Positions 59,315 through 60,808 of a stretch of DNA of 60,808 bases are shown in pieces. The notes beneath the pieces were generated by a model, which saw nothing but the letters and a program-made list of their open reading frames with translations, was not told the origin of the DNA and made no database searches. Origin of the DNA: Putridiphycobacter sp. (lineage in GTDB: Bacteria > Bacteroidota > Bacteroidia > Flavobacteriales_D > Crocinitomicaceae); the NCBI GenBank assembly GCA_033719695.1, contig JAWWDX010000001.1:1-60808 (forward strand). The letters run 5' to 3'. The translations under genes and the position numbers were made by a program. Position 1 is the first letter of the stretch. The number at the start of each line of letters is the position of its first letter.

Positions 59315-60808
59315 CTATTTTGAATTTAAAATTGTAATGGTACCGTTTAATTCAATGGTTTGAATACCCTCTAGTTTAATGACATTAACTAGACAAGTAT
59401 AGAAATAAACCCCATCTGAAACAGGCTTGCCTGTATTTAAATAAGTGCCATCCCAATTAATCATTGGATCTGTATTGTTATGTACCAAGCCACCATATCT
59501 ATTGAATATATTAATGTTTATGCTTTCTACAAATTTATATGGTAATAATGGATGGTATAGATCGTTTATATTGTTGCCATTCGGGGTAAATACATTCGGC
59601 AACACATAATAGCCATCACAATTGTCAATACAAACCACGTTTGATGGCATACTTTCATTATTGTATGGGAGAGAATCGACCGCAGTGACATAATAACAAC
59701 CGGCAATGCTGCCGCGATCTCTATGAATATAAAAAGTGTCTAAATCGCTCCCTATTTCCGCTAAGAACTCCAGCGAATCACCTAAAAATGGCGCAAAATA
59801 CAGATTATATTTTACCACGTCATCTGTACAGGAATTATTAGGGTTTGTCCATGAAATATAGGTTTCTTCCAAATCACAATCACCAGCTATAAAAGCTGTT
59901 GGTGGGCAAGGTGGTGTAAAATCGTAAGGCTCATTACAATGCTCTTGAGACCAATTTAATAAAGGTGTTCTAATGCCAGTTTGGGCGTAAGCTCCAACCG
60001 ACTGAATCTTATAACAATAACTGTTTAAATTGACAAGACCTGTATCAGTATAAGTTGTTTGCATAGTTGAATCCAGAAAGATAAAGTTCCCAGAACCAGT
60101 TGGGATTTCTTTAAAAATGCGATAATATGAATTTATCCATGGAACATTTTCTGTCCAATTGAGTGTTAGTTGATTGTCGTTTGGAACCGACGACAGCCAA
60201 ATAGAACTAGCATTGGTACTTGTACCTATTAAGACATCATTGCTATACAACTGCACTTGATAATTATAAGCTTGTTCTGCTGTATTTAAATTCTCGTCCA
60301 AATAAAAAGAATCCACCAAAGTAATATCAGTGTTACTTGCTGAAGTATAAATCAAGGTGTTTGTATTCACGTTGAAATCATTATTTCTGTACAATTCATA
60401 ATGGTATGGACCTGCAAAAGTATTAAGGTTCAGTTCTTTTGGCCATGACCAATAGATAGAGTCTTTACCAGTTATAGTACTGGTTTCGATAACAGAAACA
60501 TTTGTTAAAACAGGTATGACAAATTCAAGCTCTTCACATACCTGATTTGAAATACAACTTTCAACACCGTTCAGTAATTTAGCTGTTACTATATAGCAAT
60601 ACTTATTGCCAACAGCTAAGGGGCCTTGGTCGGTAAAAAACGCATTTGTGGTCGTACCAATTAATTCGTATCCCATGGCGGCAATCAGACCTGTGTCACA
60701 ACATTCACTATACGAAAACACACTGTCTAAGCTTCTATAAACTTGATAGGTAAGACCATTACAATTCAATGCCACATCATAGGGATCCCATGTTAAACTC
60801 ATGGTGCC
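59315..60808 (-). CDS. C-terminal part of a large FN3-like repeat protein with gliding motility-associated (type B T9SS) CTD; begins beyond the right edge
   Basis: Frame stays open to the window edge. LPNVFTPNGNNIND...FNRYG...WDG...GVYFY. Confidence 0.88.
   Translation of the reverse strand, partial: GTMSLTWDPYDVALNCNGLTYQVYRSLDSVFSYSECCDTGLIAAMGYELIGTTTNAFFTDQGPLAVGNKYCYIVTAKLLNGVESCISNQVCEELEFVIPVLTNVSVIETSTITGKDSIYWSWPKELNLNTFAGPYHYELYRNNDFNVNTNTLIYTSASNTDITLVDSFYLDENLNTAEQAYNYQVQLYSNDVLIGTSTNASSIWLSSVPNDNQLTLNWTENVPWINSYYRIFKEIPTGSGNFIFLDSTMQTTYTDTGLVNLNSYCYKIQSVGAYAQTGIRTPLLNWSQEHCNEPYDFTPPCPPTAFIAGDCDLEETYISWTNPNNSCTDDVVKYNLYFAPFLGDSLEFLAEIGSDLDTFYIHRDRGSIAGCYYVTAVDSLPYNNESMPSNVVCIDNCDGYYVLPNVFTPNGNNINDLYHPLLPYKFVESININIFNRYGGLVHNNTDPMINWDGTYLNTGKPVSDGVYFYTCLVNVIKLEGIQTIELNGTITILNSK

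Noticed and set aside
58736-59320. FMN riboswitch for ribE
   Set aside because: There is no intergenic space; ribE abuts the upstream gene.

Overview
AT-rich chromosomal segment from a member of the Bacteroidota, probably a marine flavobacterium (Crocinitomicaceae-like). This placement is inferred from the T9SS cargo proteins, gldH, the split atp operon, TAnnTTTG promoters and the absence of Shine-Dalgarno motifs. Most of the window is housekeeping: the dut-nucleotidyltransferase-TPR-DUF4292-envC operon, class Ia nrdBA, purD, atpBEFHAG preceded by a bactofilin and atpI/Z-like genes, yicC-gmk-nadD, ahcY, and ribE-ftsE-holB-ricT-gldH. At least six large secreted proteins, most with T9SS sorting domains, are interspersed. 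I saw no rRNA, tRNA, CRISPR array, transposase, integrase or phage gene. The most interesting items are not in the ORF track. (1) An unlisted adhesin of more than 878 aa at the left edge has five ~101-aa Cys-rich repeats and a ~180-aa domain inserted inside an SprB repeat. (2) A 45-codon leader ORF is coupled (ATGA overlap) to a CNNM/CorC-type gene. (3) A sigma54-type hsp20 promoter has three TGnCA-N3-TGnCA boxes spaced exactly 31 bp apart. (4) DnaA-box-like sites cluster upstream of nrdB, alongside a possibly structured leader. (5) Oppositely oriented heptamer arrays lie between the enoyl-CoA hydratase and flippase genes. Smaller candidates are a lipoprotein-SGNH-lipoprotein cassette, a stand-alone degenerate DEAD domain beside an archaeal-type GGGP synthase, and several enzymes with substituted active-site motifs. 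All family calls come from motif recognition by eye; no searches were run. Nothing here can be called a proven new system.
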